A DNA stretch of 64,000 nt, taken from contig JAVKHQ010000007.1 in assembly GCA_031459875.1 (NCBI GenBank), forward strand, positions 34,842 to 98,841, read 5' to 3'. The position numbers and the translations under genes were made by a program. This stretch comes from Candidatus Fervidifonticultor sextus (GTDB lineage: Bacteria; Sysuimicrobiota; Sysuimicrobiia; Sysuimicrobiales; Humicultoraceae). The notes beneath the pieces were generated by a model. The model ran no database searches. It had not been told where the DNA came from and worked only from the letters and a program-made list of their open reading frames with translations. Of the stretch, positions 18,823 to 28,390 are shown in pieces (position 1 is the stretch's first letter; each line of letters opens with the position of its first letter).

Positions 18823-20238
18823 TCACGCGAAGACCCGGGGCTCGATCCCGGTCATCCTGCAGAACCACACCAGGTCGTCCACGTAGTTGCCGTAGACGCC
18901 GTGGATGTGGTTGGAGTCGTACTCGCCGAGGAACTCTTCGGCCGACACCTTGAACCTGGCGAAGGCGTGCGGCCATTCGGGTGTGGTGGCCCTGGCCCGG
19001 GCGGCCGCCTCCTCCGGGACGAACTGCAGGAACTCGCCCGGCACGATGGCCATCCAGTACCGGCCGTTGCGCCGCGCCAGCCGCGCCAGGGTCACCTCGC
19101 CGGGGGCCGCAATGTGCATCACGGAGGCGCCACCGGCCGGGAAGTAGATGATCGCCGGGTAGAGGTGCACGTGGGGGAGGTTGACCGCCGGGTCAAAGGA
19201 CCGGCCGGCGAAGTAGGTGGCGTGCTGGCCGGAGTTGACCAGGTCCCACACATCGTCGGCGGCGTCGTAGTGGCGGACGTCGGCGAAGAGCACCGGAGTC
19301 CCGGCGAGGTGCTTGAAGATCTCCATCGTGAGCGCGCCGTCGCTGTCGGCCTCGGTGGCGCACACGATGGGGTCGTGGGGACCTTCCCAGTCGTAGGGGT
19401 CGTTGAGGAACGCCTCGGCCACGTCCATGGTGGCGAAGTGGTTGGTCATCTCCGGCTGGCCCTTGATGCCGCAGAAGTCCAGCCGCCACTCGTCGATGAT
19501 CTCGCGCACCGCGTGGTAGGACTTGATCTGGCGGCGCAGGAGGTCGGGGGTGAGCTTGCGCCCGTCGTAGTGGATCGTGGCGCCGTGCCGCTGGAGCCAG
19601 GCGATGCCGGCGTCCGCGCGACTGTCGGGAATGGCCTCCGCGCGCCGGATGATCTCGAACTGGTCGATGTGCTCGATGTCGACCCCGAACTCCCGCCGCC
19701 ACTGGTCCAGCGCCGGCACGGCGGTGTACATGCCCATGGATCGGCCGCCGATGACCCCGTACACCTCGCCTCGCAGCCGGTTCTTCGCCACCGCCGGCCG
19801 CAGGAAGCGCAGCACCCGCTCGAAGACCCCCTCGTCGTCAATGTCGCCCGAGACGCGGCCGCAGAAGGCGCCCACCTGGTCGAGGCTGCCGGCGGCGGCC
19901 AGCATCGCCACCAGCCCCGGATACTGGGGGTTCACGTTGCTGAACAGGAGGATCGGGCCGGGGACGAACTGCGCGGCGATGGCCGAGTAGTGGGGCCACG
20001 CCCAGATGGCGTAGTTGAAGACCGTGGCCTCGACACCCTGGGCGGCCAGGTACCGGCCCTCGCTGGCCGCCAGATCGGTGGTCCACACGATCTCGCGCCC
20101 GGTCACCACCTCCCACCCGACGGTCCGCAGCCGCGCGGCCAGGCGGTCCTGGAACTGCCGGGTCATCGGGAGCAGTTCGGCGTGCACGTGGGGCCGGCCG
20201 TCGGAGAACGTCAGGATGCCGACCTTGGGGCTCCGCAT
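18823..20238 (-). CDS. L-fucose/D-arabinose isomerase family protein
   Basis: GGRSMGM, DVAEAFLNDPYDWEG, ATEADSDG, PEWPHAF, SNHIH. Confidence 0.88.
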   Translation of the reverse strand: MRSPKVGILTFSDGRPHVHAELLPMTRQFQDRLAARLRTVGWEVVTGREIVWTTDLAASEGRYLAAQGVEATVFNYAIWAWPHYSAIAAQFVPGPILLFSNVNPQYPGLVAMLAAAGSLDQVGAFCGRVSGDIDDEGVFERVLRFLRPAVAKNRLRGEVYGVIGGRSMGMYTAVPALDQWRREFGVDIEHIDQFEIIRRAEAIPDSRADAGIAWLQRHGATIHYDGRKLTPDLLRRQIKSYHAVREIIDEWRLDFCGIKGQPEMTNHFATMDVAEAFLNDPYDWEGPHDPIVCATEADSDGALTMEIFKHLAGTPVLFADVRHYDAADDVWDLVNSGQHATYFAGRSFDPAVNLPHVHLYPAIIYFPAGGASVMHIAAPGEVTLARLARRNGRYWMAIVPGEFLQFVPEEAAARARATTPEWPHAFARFKVSAEEFLGEYDSNHIHGVYGNYVDDLVWFCRMTGIEPRVFA

Positions 20239-20279
20239 GAGCGACCTCCGCTTCCCCGCGGCGCAGTGCCGGCGGGTAG

Positions 20280-20292
20280 GAGAACGTTATCA
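20280..20292. promoter_or_regulatory. LacI-type operator 1
   Basis: GAGAACGTTATCA, near-palindrome with central CG. Confidence 0.75.
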
Positions 20293-20402
20293 GAGTCCTG
20301 GAGGAGCATTCGCGGCCAGCAGGGGGATTCCTGCCTCGCCCGCCGGACCCGGGCTCCGGCGGCCGGGACGGAAGGAACCGCTCCTGAGCAGGTGGAAGTC
20401 AA

Positions 20403-20415
20403 GAGAACGTTATCA
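20403..20415. promoter_or_regulatory. LacI-type operator 2
   Basis: Identical GAGAACGTTATCA ending 1 nt before the regulator ATG. Confidence 0.75.
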
Positions 20416-20416
20416 C

Positions 20417-21445
20417 ATGCCTACCATCCGCGACGTCGCCCGCCGCGCCGGGGTCTCGGTGGCGGCCGCCGCCCGCGCCCTCGGCGGCTACGGTTACACC
20501 AGTGCAGCCACGCGGGAAAAGGTGCTGCGTGCAGCCCAAGCCCTCGACTACCACCCCAACGCCATCGCCCGCAGCATGATCAAGGGACGCACGCAGACCC
20601 TGGGCGTGATCGTCTCCGACAACGCCAACCCGTTCTTCGCCTCGGTGGTGCGCGGCATCGAGGACGCGGTCCTGGGCCAGGGCTACGCCATCGTCCTCTG
20701 CAACGCCGACGAGGATCCGGCCAAGGAGGCGATCTACCTCCGGACAGTCCGCCAGAAGCGCGTCGACGGCCTGGTCATCTCGCCGTCGGGCGGGTCGGCG
20801 GCGGCCCTGCGGGGTCTGATGGACAGCGGGACCTCCATCGTCCAGGTGGACCGTCGCCTGCCCCGGCTGGCAGCGGATGCCGTGCTCACCGACAACCGGG
20901 CAGGCGTGCGCGCGGCCGTCGAGCACCTGATCCGTCTCGGCCACCGTCGCATCGGTATCCTCAGCGGCCCGCGGCGGCTCTACACCGGCCGCGAGCGCCT
21001 GGAAGGCTATCTGGCTACCATGCGGGATGCCGGGCTCCCGGTGGCGGACGGGTGGGTCCAGGAGGGCAACTTCAAGGAAGCGAGCGGCTACGAACTGGTC
21101 GGCCGCTTCCTGGGACTTCGCCGCCGGCCCACGGCCATCTTCATCGCCAACAACCTGATGACCATCGGCGCGCTGCTGGGCCTCAAAGAGGCCGGCGTGC
21201 GGATTCCGGAGGAGATGGCCGTGGTGGGCTTCGACGACATGGACTGGGCGCCGATCCTCACCCCACCGCTGACGGCCGTGGCCCAGCCCGGGTATCACCT
21301 GGGGGCGACGGCGGGCCGGCTCCTGCTGGAACGACTGGCCCAATCCTACCGGGGCAGGCCCCGCACCGTCGTCTTCCAGCCCCGACTGGTCGTCCGGGAA
21401 TCCTGCGGCGCGCCCCTGCGCCAGGGCCCCGGGGTCAGGCGCTGA
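20417..21445 (+). CDS. LacI-family transcriptional regulator
   Basis: MPTIRDVARRAGVS, YHPNAIAR, NPFF, VVGFDD. Confidence 0.95.
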   Translation: MPTIRDVARRAGVSVAAAARALGGYGYTSAATREKVLRAAQALDYHPNAIARSMIKGRTQTLGVIVSDNANPFFASVVRGIEDAVLGQGYAIVLCNADEDPAKEAIYLRTVRQKRVDGLVISPSGGSAAALRGLMDSGTSIVQVDRRLPRLAADAVLTDNRAGVRAAVEHLIRLGHRRIGILSGPRRLYTGRERLEGYLATMRDAGLPVADGWVQEGNFKEASGYELVGRFLGLRRRPTAIFIANNLMTIGALLGLKEAGVRIPEEMAVVGFDDMDWAPILTPPLTAVAQPGYHLGATAGRLLLERLAQSYRGRPRTVVFQPRLVVRESCGAPLRQGPGVRR

Positions 21446-21595
21446 GGCCCCCTCCCCCGCGGGCGACCCGGGGCCGGCCCCCGCGTCTGAGAGACGCCTA
21501 AACCGGCCGGGTTTTGGGCAAATTCCCTCTGCCTGGCCAGGATGGGGATGGACCGCGGGCTCGCCAGCGCCGGACTCGACCGGGAGTGGTGGGCT

Positions 21596-22018
21596 ATGCG
21601 CGCAAGGCGAGCGCAAGCCGGGCTGAGTCTGATCGAGGTCACCGTGGTGGGCGCCGTCGCCGCGGTGGTTCTCGTGGCCTCGATCGGCCAGTACCGGGAG
21701 TTCGTCAGCAACCAGCGGCTGAATGCCTGGGCGGAGACCATCGCTACAGATCTCCGGGCCGCCCAGCAGCTCAGCGTGGCCAGACGTGAGACGGTCGTCG
21801 CGGTCTTCGCCCCGAACCTCTACGCCATCCGCATCGGCGGCACCGACGTCAAGGTCGGCACCCTTCCTCCGGACCTCGTCAGCTCCTCAGAGACCGTCAC
21901 CTTCACGACCCTCGGGACGACCTCGAATGCGGGGACCATCACGCTGCGCAGCACGATGACCAACCGGACCAAGCAGATTTCCATCTCGTCATCCACGGGG
22001 CGCATCAGAATCGACTGA
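21596..22018 (+). CDS. Minor pilin/pseudopilin, FimT/GspH-like
   Basis: Class III signal G|LSLIE plus hydrophobic helix. Confidence 0.8.
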   Translation: MRARRAQAGLSLIEVTVVGAVAAVVLVASIGQYREFVSNQRLNAWAETIATDLRAAQQLSVARRETVVAVFAPNLYAIRIGGTDVKVGTLPPDLVSSSETVTFTTLGTTSNAGTITLRSTMTNRTKQISISSSTGRIRID

Positions 22019-22032
22019 CGGACGGTGCGGGC

Positions 22033-22458
22033 ATGATCTCCAGACGGGCACAGGCGTGCCGCCGGTCAGGCGGCCAGCGGGGGTTTACCCTGATCGAGGT
22101 GATGATCGGCATGCTCCTGCTGGCATCCATCGTGGTCATGTTGGCCCAGGGCTACATGGCCGCGCTCAGCCGGGCCGGGGAGACCGGCGACCACACCATG
22201 GCGGCGGCGTGGGCGCAGGCCATGGTGGACTACCTCCGCAACCAGGGCTATGGGGTCAGCGGTTCCTGGAGCGAGACGCCGGCGGCCTGCGCCGCGCCCA
22301 AACCGTGCCTCCCCCCCGTGTTCAGCCGCGCCGACATCGTCGTCAGCAACACCGGGATCCCGTCCCTCAAGCAGATCGACATCACCCTCTACCGGATGGG
22401 GTCGGGGTCGCCCTTCATGGCGCTCTCCACGTACGCCGCGGACCTGAGGTTTCCGTGA
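22033..22458 (+). CDS. Minor pilin, PilV-like
   Basis: QRG|FTLIEVM. Confidence 0.85.
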   Translation: MISRRAQACRRSGGQRGFTLIEVMIGMLLLASIVVMLAQGYMAALSRAGETGDHTMAAAWAQAMVDYLRNQGYGVSGSWSETPAACAAPKPCLPPVFSRADIVVSNTGIPSLKQIDITLYRMGSGSPFMALSTYAADLRFP

Positions 22459-23147
22459 TGCGGCGGACCATGGCAGGCCGGACCGGGCGCGGCGAGCGGG
22501 GGCTCACCCTTGTCGAAGTCATCGCCGCCATGGCGATCGGCTCATTGGTGCTCTCGACGATCTACCTGGCGCTGGGCACGGCGATCAAGGCCCGCCTCCT
22601 GGTGTGGAGCCAGGTGCACAACCAGCAGCACGGCCGCCTGGTCATCCAGTGGATGGCCGACCGCCTGCGCCAGGCCGGCTACGCCGTCAGCCCGGCCAGC
22701 CCGCTGCCGCGCTGCCAGGACGCGCTGGTCGCCGAGGATCCGGCGCTGCGCCCCACCGCCTCTCAGATCTACTTCAACACGGACCTGGACGGCGCAGGGG
22801 CCGGCGCCCCGACGCAGACCATCGGGTTCCGCGTGGGCAGGGAGAGCGCGGGTGGGACCATGGTCAATGTGGTCGAGGAGTCGGTGGCCGACTGCACAAG
22901 CGGCGCCCCCTCACGGGTTTCCAGCGTGACCGACCCAACCTCCGTGGCCATCGCCTCGCTGACGTTTGACTACTACGATGCCAGCGGGACCCCGGTCACC
23001 GACCTCGCGACGCCAGACAGCATTCGGACGATCCGCATGGTCCGCATTACCCTGGTCGAGCAGGCCTCGGCCGGCTCGCTGGGTCCCAGGGGGCAGACAT
23101 GGAGCGTACTCGTCTCGCTACGGAATCCGGACCCGCGCAACCCGTGA
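22458..23147 (+). CDS. Minor pilin, PilW-like
   Basis: ERG|LTLVE, DRLRQAGY; TGATG coupling. Confidence 0.85.
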   Translation: MRRTMAGRTGRGERGLTLVEVIAAMAIGSLVLSTIYLALGTAIKARLLVWSQVHNQQHGRLVIQWMADRLRQAGYAVSPASPLPRCQDALVAEDPALRPTASQIYFNTDLDGAGAGAPTQTIGFRVGRESAGGTMVNVVEESVADCTSGAPSRVSSVTDPTSVAIASLTFDYYDASGTPVTDLATPDSIRTIRMVRITLVEQASAGSLGPRGQTWSVLVSLRNPDPRNP

Positions 23148-24448
23148 GCCGGGGGCGTCCGGCCCCCCGCGGCGAACGGGGGAACGTCCTGTTGATCATC
23201 CTGGTGTTCCTGGTGGCAGGCGGGGTCCTGGCCATGGGCCTCCTCAACAGCCTGCTGGGAGAGATCCAGGGGGGCCTGTCCTACCGCCATGCGGTCCAGG
23301 CCCTGTCGGTCGCCGAGGCCGGCGTGCACTACGCGGCCGCCAGGGTCAATGAGGCAGGCGGCGCCGCGTATGCCGGCGAGACCGACCGCTGGGTCTCGCA
23401 CCCCCTCCAGGGGAACGTCGGCCTGTTCGATGTCACGGTGCGGTGCTCCGACGGCACGGTCCCGGGGAATCCCAGCCCCTGTGCAGGCGCTCCCCAACCC
23501 AACGTGCGCGTCGTCACCTCGACTGGGTACGTGCCGAGCAAGGCGATCCCGCTGGGGCGCCGCACCGTGGTCACCACCATCCGGCAGCAGATCCTCACCT
23601 CTTTGCAGTACGCGGTCTGCGGGGAGGATGGGGTGACCCTCAACCAGAGCACCAGCACCTACGGCGACGTGGGCAGCAACCGCAACATCACCCTGCTGGG
23701 CCCGCCCCAGACGCCTGGATCGCTGGCGCGCATCTACGCCTTTGCCGGCCAGCGAGGCGACGCCACCGCCGGCGGCGCGGTGGCCTGCTCGGCGTCGTGC
23801 GGGCCGTCCTACTACCAGGTCCAGGGGACCGCGACGAGCTACGGGACCCCGGGCCGCCAGGTCTGCCCGGTGCTGCCGTCCTTCGCGTGCACCCCGGGCA
23901 CACGAGACGAGATCCGCGGCGCCGGGGCGAGCCTGGTGATCAGCGCGGCGAACGGCAACACGGCGCTGCGCAACGTCAGCCTGGGGAGGAACTCCACCCT
24001 GACCTTCCAGACCACCGGCCCCAACGAGACCCTCGTCGTCCAGATGAACAGCCTGACGGTCGGGCAGAACAGCCGCGTGCGCGTGACCGGAGGCGGCAAG
24101 GTGGTCCTGCACCTGGCCGACCGCTCGACGATCAACCAGGGCACGCTCTTCGGCGTCGACGCCACCGATGTCGGCATCGAGCCCGGCCGCTTCCTGATCC
24201 AGAGCTGCGCGACGGACGGGGGGGCCAACGAGTTCGCCCTGGAGTTCCACCAGACCGGCGGCATCTACGCCATCCTGTTCGCGCCGAACGGGACGGTGCA
24301 GCTGGACCAGGCGAACCTCTCCCGCGGGGCGATCTCTTCGCGTTACGTGCAGTTTGATCAAGGTACCGACTTCCGGTACGACACCACCGGCCTGGCCATC
24401 AGCGCCGGCCCCTACAACACCATCGCGGCCTGGCGGGAGCAGCCGTAG
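23144..24448 (+). CDS. PilX-like pilin with large Cys-containing beta-rich C-terminal domain
   Basis: ERG|NVLL (no Glu5), QALSVAEAGV, ILFAPNG, C-terminal AWRE. Confidence 0.8.
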   Translation: MSRGRPAPRGERGNVLLIILVFLVAGGVLAMGLLNSLLGEIQGGLSYRHAVQALSVAEAGVHYAAARVNEAGGAAYAGETDRWVSHPLQGNVGLFDVTVRCSDGTVPGNPSPCAGAPQPNVRVVTSTGYVPSKAIPLGRRTVVTTIRQQILTSLQYAVCGEDGVTLNQSTSTYGDVGSNRNITLLGPPQTPGSLARIYAFAGQRGDATAGGAVACSASCGPSYYQVQGTATSYGTPGRQVCPVLPSFACTPGTRDEIRGAGASLVISAANGNTALRNVSLGRNSTLTFQTTGPNETLVVQMNSLTVGQNSRVRVTGGGKVVLHLADRSTINQGTLFGVDATDVGIEPGRFLIQSCATDGGANEFALEFHQTGGIYAILFAPNGTVQLDQANLSRGAISSRYVQFDQGTDFRYDTTGLAISAGPYNTIAAWREQP

Positions 24449-24462
24449 CGGCTCCCGCGACC

Positions 24463-24503
24463 GGCCCGGCACGCCGTTGACCTCCCCGGCGGCGTGCCGG
24501 GCC
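24463..24503. terminator. 14-bp perfect inverted repeat after the pilin operon
   Basis: GGCCCGGCACGCCG / CGGCGTGCCGGGCC with 13-nt loop. Confidence 0.55.
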
Positions 24504-24584
24504 ACTTCACCAGGCAGGAATTCTGCTGCGCAATCCGTAATTCACCAACTCGTCTGTTCCTGAATCCTCAACCAGGGGGGGCTG

Positions 24585-25358
24585 GTGCGCGGCCTCTATC
24601 TGATTCCCGGTGCCATATCCCGCAGGGAGGGCGGGGCCGCTGAACTGGCGCGGCGGGCTGCCGTCGTCCAGCGCCTAGCCAATGCGGGCTGGACCATGGA
24701 CACCTGGGAGGTCACTGCAGGGCCGGCGTCCATCGAGTCCGCCTACGAGGAGTACCTCGCGGTGCCCGGCGCCATCGAGCGGCTAGTCGAGGCCGAGCGC
24801 GCGGGGTTCGACGGCGCGATTTTGGGCTGCTTTGGCGATCCGGGGCTGGAGGCCGCCCGGGAGATGGTGAGCATCCCGGTCACCGGCCCCGGGGAAGCCT
24901 CCATGCTCTTCGCCGCCACGCTGGGGCACCGGTTCAGCATCGTGACCGTCCTGGACACCGTCTGTGCCCTGCTGGAGCGGCTGGCCTGGCAGGTCGGCGT
25001 AGACCGGAAACTGGCCTCGGTGCGGGCGATCGACGTCCCGGTGCTGGACCTCGACCGCGACCCCAAGGAGACCTTTGCCCGCATGGTCCGCGAGGCCGAG
25101 GCGGCCCGCGACCGCGATCGCGCCGACGTCATCGTCATGGGCTGCATGACGATGGCCTTCCAGGAGCGCCAGGCGGAGATGGCGCGCCTGCTGGGGATCC
25201 CCGTCGTCAACCCGCTGCACGCCGCGGTGAAGATGATGCAGGCCCTCGCCGAGCTCGGGCTGCGCCACAGCCGGCGGGCCTATCCGACCCCGCCGAAGCT
25301 GCGACAGCAGGCTGCGGCCACCGGACCCGGAGGAGTCACCCCGCGTGGGGCGCGCTGA
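24585..25358 (+). CDS. Asp/Glu/hydantoin racemase family
   Basis: GPASIE, GCFGDPG and GCMTM (two catalytic Cys), PVVNP. Confidence 0.9.
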   Translation: MRGLYLIPGAISRREGGAAELARRAAVVQRLANAGWTMDTWEVTAGPASIESAYEEYLAVPGAIERLVEAERAGFDGAILGCFGDPGLEAAREMVSIPVTGPGEASMLFAATLGHRFSIVTVLDTVCALLERLAWQVGVDRKLASVRAIDVPVLDLDRDPKETFARMVREAEAARDRDRADVIVMGCMTMAFQERQAEMARLLGIPVVNPLHAAVKMMQALAELGLRHSRRAYPTPPKLRQQAAATGPGGVTPRGAR

Positions 25359-25842
25359 CCGGCTCGATGCCCTCGACCAGAGCATCATCCGCTGCCTCCA
25401 GCGCGACGGCCGGACCAGCTACAGCGCCATGGCCAAACTGCTGGGGGTCACCGAGGGCACGGTGCGTAACCGGGTGGCCCGCCTGCTGGCCGACCGCGTC
25501 ATCCGCGTCGTGGGCGTGGCGGACCTCTTCAAGGTCGGCATGCACGCCGCCGCCATCACCGGCATCAACGTCCAGCGCCACAAGATGAAGCAGGCGCTGT
25601 CGCGCCTGATGGAGATGCCCGAGGTCCGCTACATCGCCGTGACCACCGGCGCCTTCGACATCATCATCGAGGTGGTGCTGCCCGACACCGACGCGCTCCA
25701 CGACTTCCTGGTGGACCGCCTGGCGGGCGTGCCGGGGTTGCTGCGGACCGACACCTCCATGATCCTCAAGATCCACAAGCAGAGCTACACCTGGCTCCCG
25801 GAGCCGGACGGCGCGCGCCCGCTCCCAAGAGGCGCGCGATGA
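25345..25842 (+). CDS. Lrp/AsnC-family regulator
   Basis: LDALDQSIIRCLQRDGR, TVRNRV, TTGAFD. Confidence 0.93.
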   Translation: MGRADRLDALDQSIIRCLQRDGRTSYSAMAKLLGVTEGTVRNRVARLLADRVIRVVGVADLFKVGMHAAAITGINVQRHKMKQALSRLMEMPEVRYIAVTTGAFDIIIEVVLPDTDALHDFLVDRLAGVPGLLRTDTSMILKIHKQSYTWLPEPDGARPLPRGAR

Positions 25843-25855
25843 GGGGGGAGAGCAC

Positions 25856-27433
25856 GTGCGAGAGCGACGAGGGATGGCAGTCCTGCTGGGGCTCGCCCTG
25901 GTGGCCGGGACCTTGCTGCCGGCGGCCGGCGGGCCGGCCGCCGCTGGCGGCGTGGTGTTCCCCATCGTGGGGGACCCGATCTTCAACCCATGGCACCCGC
26001 GGGCGTTCATCGAGTCAATTCCTCCCAACCGGGTCCTCTTCAACGGGCTGACGAAAATCGGCAAAGACCGCCAGCCCGCGCCCGACCTGGCCGAGCGGTG
26101 GGAGATCTCGCCCGACGGGCTGGTCTGGACGTTCCACCTGCGCAGGGGCGTCAAGTGGCACGACGGCCGCGACTTCACCGCCGACGACGTGAAGTTCACC
26201 TACGACCTCGTCATCAACCCGCGCCTGGGGGCCCAGAACGCCGGGGCGTTCCGGGCCCTCAAGGAAGTCAGGGTCGTCGATGCCAGCACCGTGCAGCTGG
26301 TGCTGGAGACGCCCGTGGCGAGCCTGGGCGCGCTGGTGGCCACCAACGCCGGGATTATCCCCCGTCACGGCTTTGCCGGCGTGAGCGACCCCTGGACCCA
26401 CGACGCCTTCAACAAGCGGGCGCCCGTCGGCACCGGCGCCTTCAAGATCCGGCAGTACGTGGCGGGGTCGTTCGTGGTGCTGGAGCGCAACCCGGCCTAC
26501 TTTGCCGGCGCGCCCACCATCGAGACGGTCACCTTCAAGGTCCTGCCTGACGTGAACGCCCAGGTGGCCCAGTTGCTTGCCGGCGACCTGACGCTCATCT
26601 TCATCGACAACCCGGCGCTGGTCCGGGCCGTCCAGCGGAATCCCAACGTGGAGATCTCCACGGTCCCCGAGGCCACCTTCTACTGGGTCGCCCCGCACTT
26701 CGGTAACCGGCTCTTCCAGGACCGGCGCGTGCGGCAGGCCATCATGCACTCGTGGGATCGCCCGGCCATGATCAGGGGATTCCTGGAAGGCTTCGCGACC
26801 CCGGCCAGCGGGCCGATCTCCCCGGCGCTGGGCACCTACTACAACCCCAACGTGAAGACCTACGAATTCGACAGGGCCAAGGCCCGGGCGCTGCTGGCCG
26901 AGGCCGGCTGGCAGATGGGCCCCGACGGCGTCCTGGTCAAGGACGGCCAGCGGTTCCGCGTCACGCTCACCTACCCCACCGTGCAGTACTTCGAGCCCCT
27001 GGCCGCGTTGATCCAGCAGTACCTGCGGGCGGTGGGCATCGAGGTCGCCCTCGACGGCCTGGAGTTCAACCAGTTCATCGCCCAGCGCTTCCTGCCCAAG
27101 CGCTACGAACTCATTGCCGGATGGTGGCGGTATCCGCCCGATCCGGACATGTTCCCCTACCTCCACAGCAGCAACGCCGAGCGCGGGTTCAACGTGCCGG
27201 CCTACAGGAATGCCGAGGTGGACCGGTGGCTCGAGGAAGGCCGCAAGGCCACCACGGCGCGCGACCGCCAGCGCGCCTACGCCAGGCTCCAGGAACTGGT
27301 CGCCGAGGATCTGCCCTACCTCTACCTCTGGTGGCCGAACGAGATCCGGGCGATCAGCAAGCGCCTCAAGGGCGTGCCATCCATCGGGCTGCGGGACGGC
27401 TTCCAGTACATGCACGAGTGGAGGCTGGAGTAG
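25856..27433 (+). CDS. Peptide/nickel ABC substrate-binding protein (family 5)
   Basis: Signal peptide; PDLAERW, LRRGVKWHDG, PVGTGAF. Confidence 0.95.
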   Translation: MRERRGMAVLLGLALVAGTLLPAAGGPAAAGGVVFPIVGDPIFNPWHPRAFIESIPPNRVLFNGLTKIGKDRQPAPDLAERWEISPDGLVWTFHLRRGVKWHDGRDFTADDVKFTYDLVINPRLGAQNAGAFRALKEVRVVDASTVQLVLETPVASLGALVATNAGIIPRHGFAGVSDPWTHDAFNKRAPVGTGAFKIRQYVAGSFVVLERNPAYFAGAPTIETVTFKVLPDVNAQVAQLLAGDLTLIFIDNPALVRAVQRNPNVEISTVPEATFYWVAPHFGNRLFQDRRVRQAIMHSWDRPAMIRGFLEGFATPASGPISPALGTYYNPNVKTYEFDRAKARALLAEAGWQMGPDGVLVKDGQRFRVTLTYPTVQYFEPLAALIQQYLRAVGIEVALDGLEFNQFIAQRFLPKRYELIAGWWRYPPDPDMFPYLHSSNAERGFNVPAYRNAEVDRWLEEGRKATTARDRQRAYARLQELVAEDLPYLYLWWPNEIRAISKRLKGVPSIGLRDGFQYMHEWRLE

Positions 27434-27434
27434 T

Positions 27435-28382
27435 CTGAGCCGCTACCTCCTCCAGCGTGCGGCCCAGGCACTGGTCGTCCTCTTCGTCGTCTCCACCATC
27501 ACCTTCGTGATGGTCAGCCTGGCCCCGGGCGGGCCGGCTATCATGACGACGATGGAGACCACGCCCGAGATGCGCGAAGCCCACCGGCGGCGGCTGGGGC
27601 TCGACCAGCCGCTGCCAGTGCGGTTCGTGAAGTGGACGGCCGCGGCCGTCCGGGCGGACTTCGGCCGGTCGTTCAACGACGGGCGCCGCGTCGGCGAGGT
27701 GATCCGGGAGCGCCTGCCCAACACGCTGCTGCTTGGGGGCGCGGCGCTCCTGCTGTCCGTCCTGATCGGGATCCCCGCCGGCATCGTGTCGGCCACGCGC
27801 CGGGCGTCGCCGGTCGACTACACCGTCACCTTCTTGAGTTTCATCGGCGTCTCGATCCCGGCCTTCTGGTTCGCGATCCTCCTCATCCTCCTCTTCTCGG
27901 TCCGGCTGGACTGGCTGCCGGCCTCCGGCATGGCCACCATCGGGGCTCCCTTCTCGCTGGCCGACCGGCTCCTCCACCTGATCATGCCGGCATTCGTCCT
28001 GGCGACGGCCACCATGCCCGGCCTGGTGCGGTTCATGCGGTCGGCCCTGCTGGAGGAACTCGGGCAGGACTACGTGCGCACCGCGCGGGCCAAGGGTCTG
28101 GCCGGCCGCCGGGTCCTCACCCGTCATGCGATCCGCAACGCCCTCATCCCCGTCGTCACCATCCTGGGCGTGCTCATCCCCCGGCTGGTGGGCGGGGCGG
28201 TCATCACCGAGACGATCTTTGGCTGGCCGGGCATGGGACAACTGGCGGTCGCGTCCACCGTGGGACGCGACTACCCGCTGGTCATGGGCCTGACCGTCGT
28301 GGTGGCCATCGTGGTCGTGTTCTCCAACCTGGTCGTGGACCTGGCCTACGGCTGGCTCGACCCCCGCATCACCTATGGGTAG
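27435..28382 (+). CDS. Peptide ABC permease (DppB/OppB-like)
   Basis: SRYLLQR, DYVRTARAKG, HAIRNALIP, LDPRI; apparent CTG start. Confidence 0.92.
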   Translation: MSRYLLQRAAQALVVLFVVSTITFVMVSLAPGGPAIMTTMETTPEMREAHRRRLGLDQPLPVRFVKWTAAAVRADFGRSFNDGRRVGEVIRERLPNTLLLGGAALLLSVLIGIPAGIVSATRRASPVDYTVTFLSFIGVSIPAFWFAILLILLFSVRLDWLPASGMATIGAPFSLADRLLHLIMPAFVLATATMPGLVRFMRSALLEELGQDYVRTARAKGLAGRRVLTRHAIRNALIPVVTILGVLIPRLVGGAVITETIFGWPGMGQLAVASTVGRDYPLVMGLTVVVAIVVVFSNLVVDLAYGWLDPRITYG

Positions 28383-28390
28383 CGCGGCGC

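Noticed and set aside
18901..21501. 866-aa ORF and other long alternative-frame ORFs (e.g. 53658-55799, 28373-30307, 17121-18953)
   Set aside because: Arg/Pro/Gly-rich or antisense shadows of well-supported genes, expected at high GC.
21495..21590. Possible c-di-GMP riboswitch before the pilin operon (GGGCAAA)
   Set aside because: No GNRA tetraloop or GACGCAAAG core follows.
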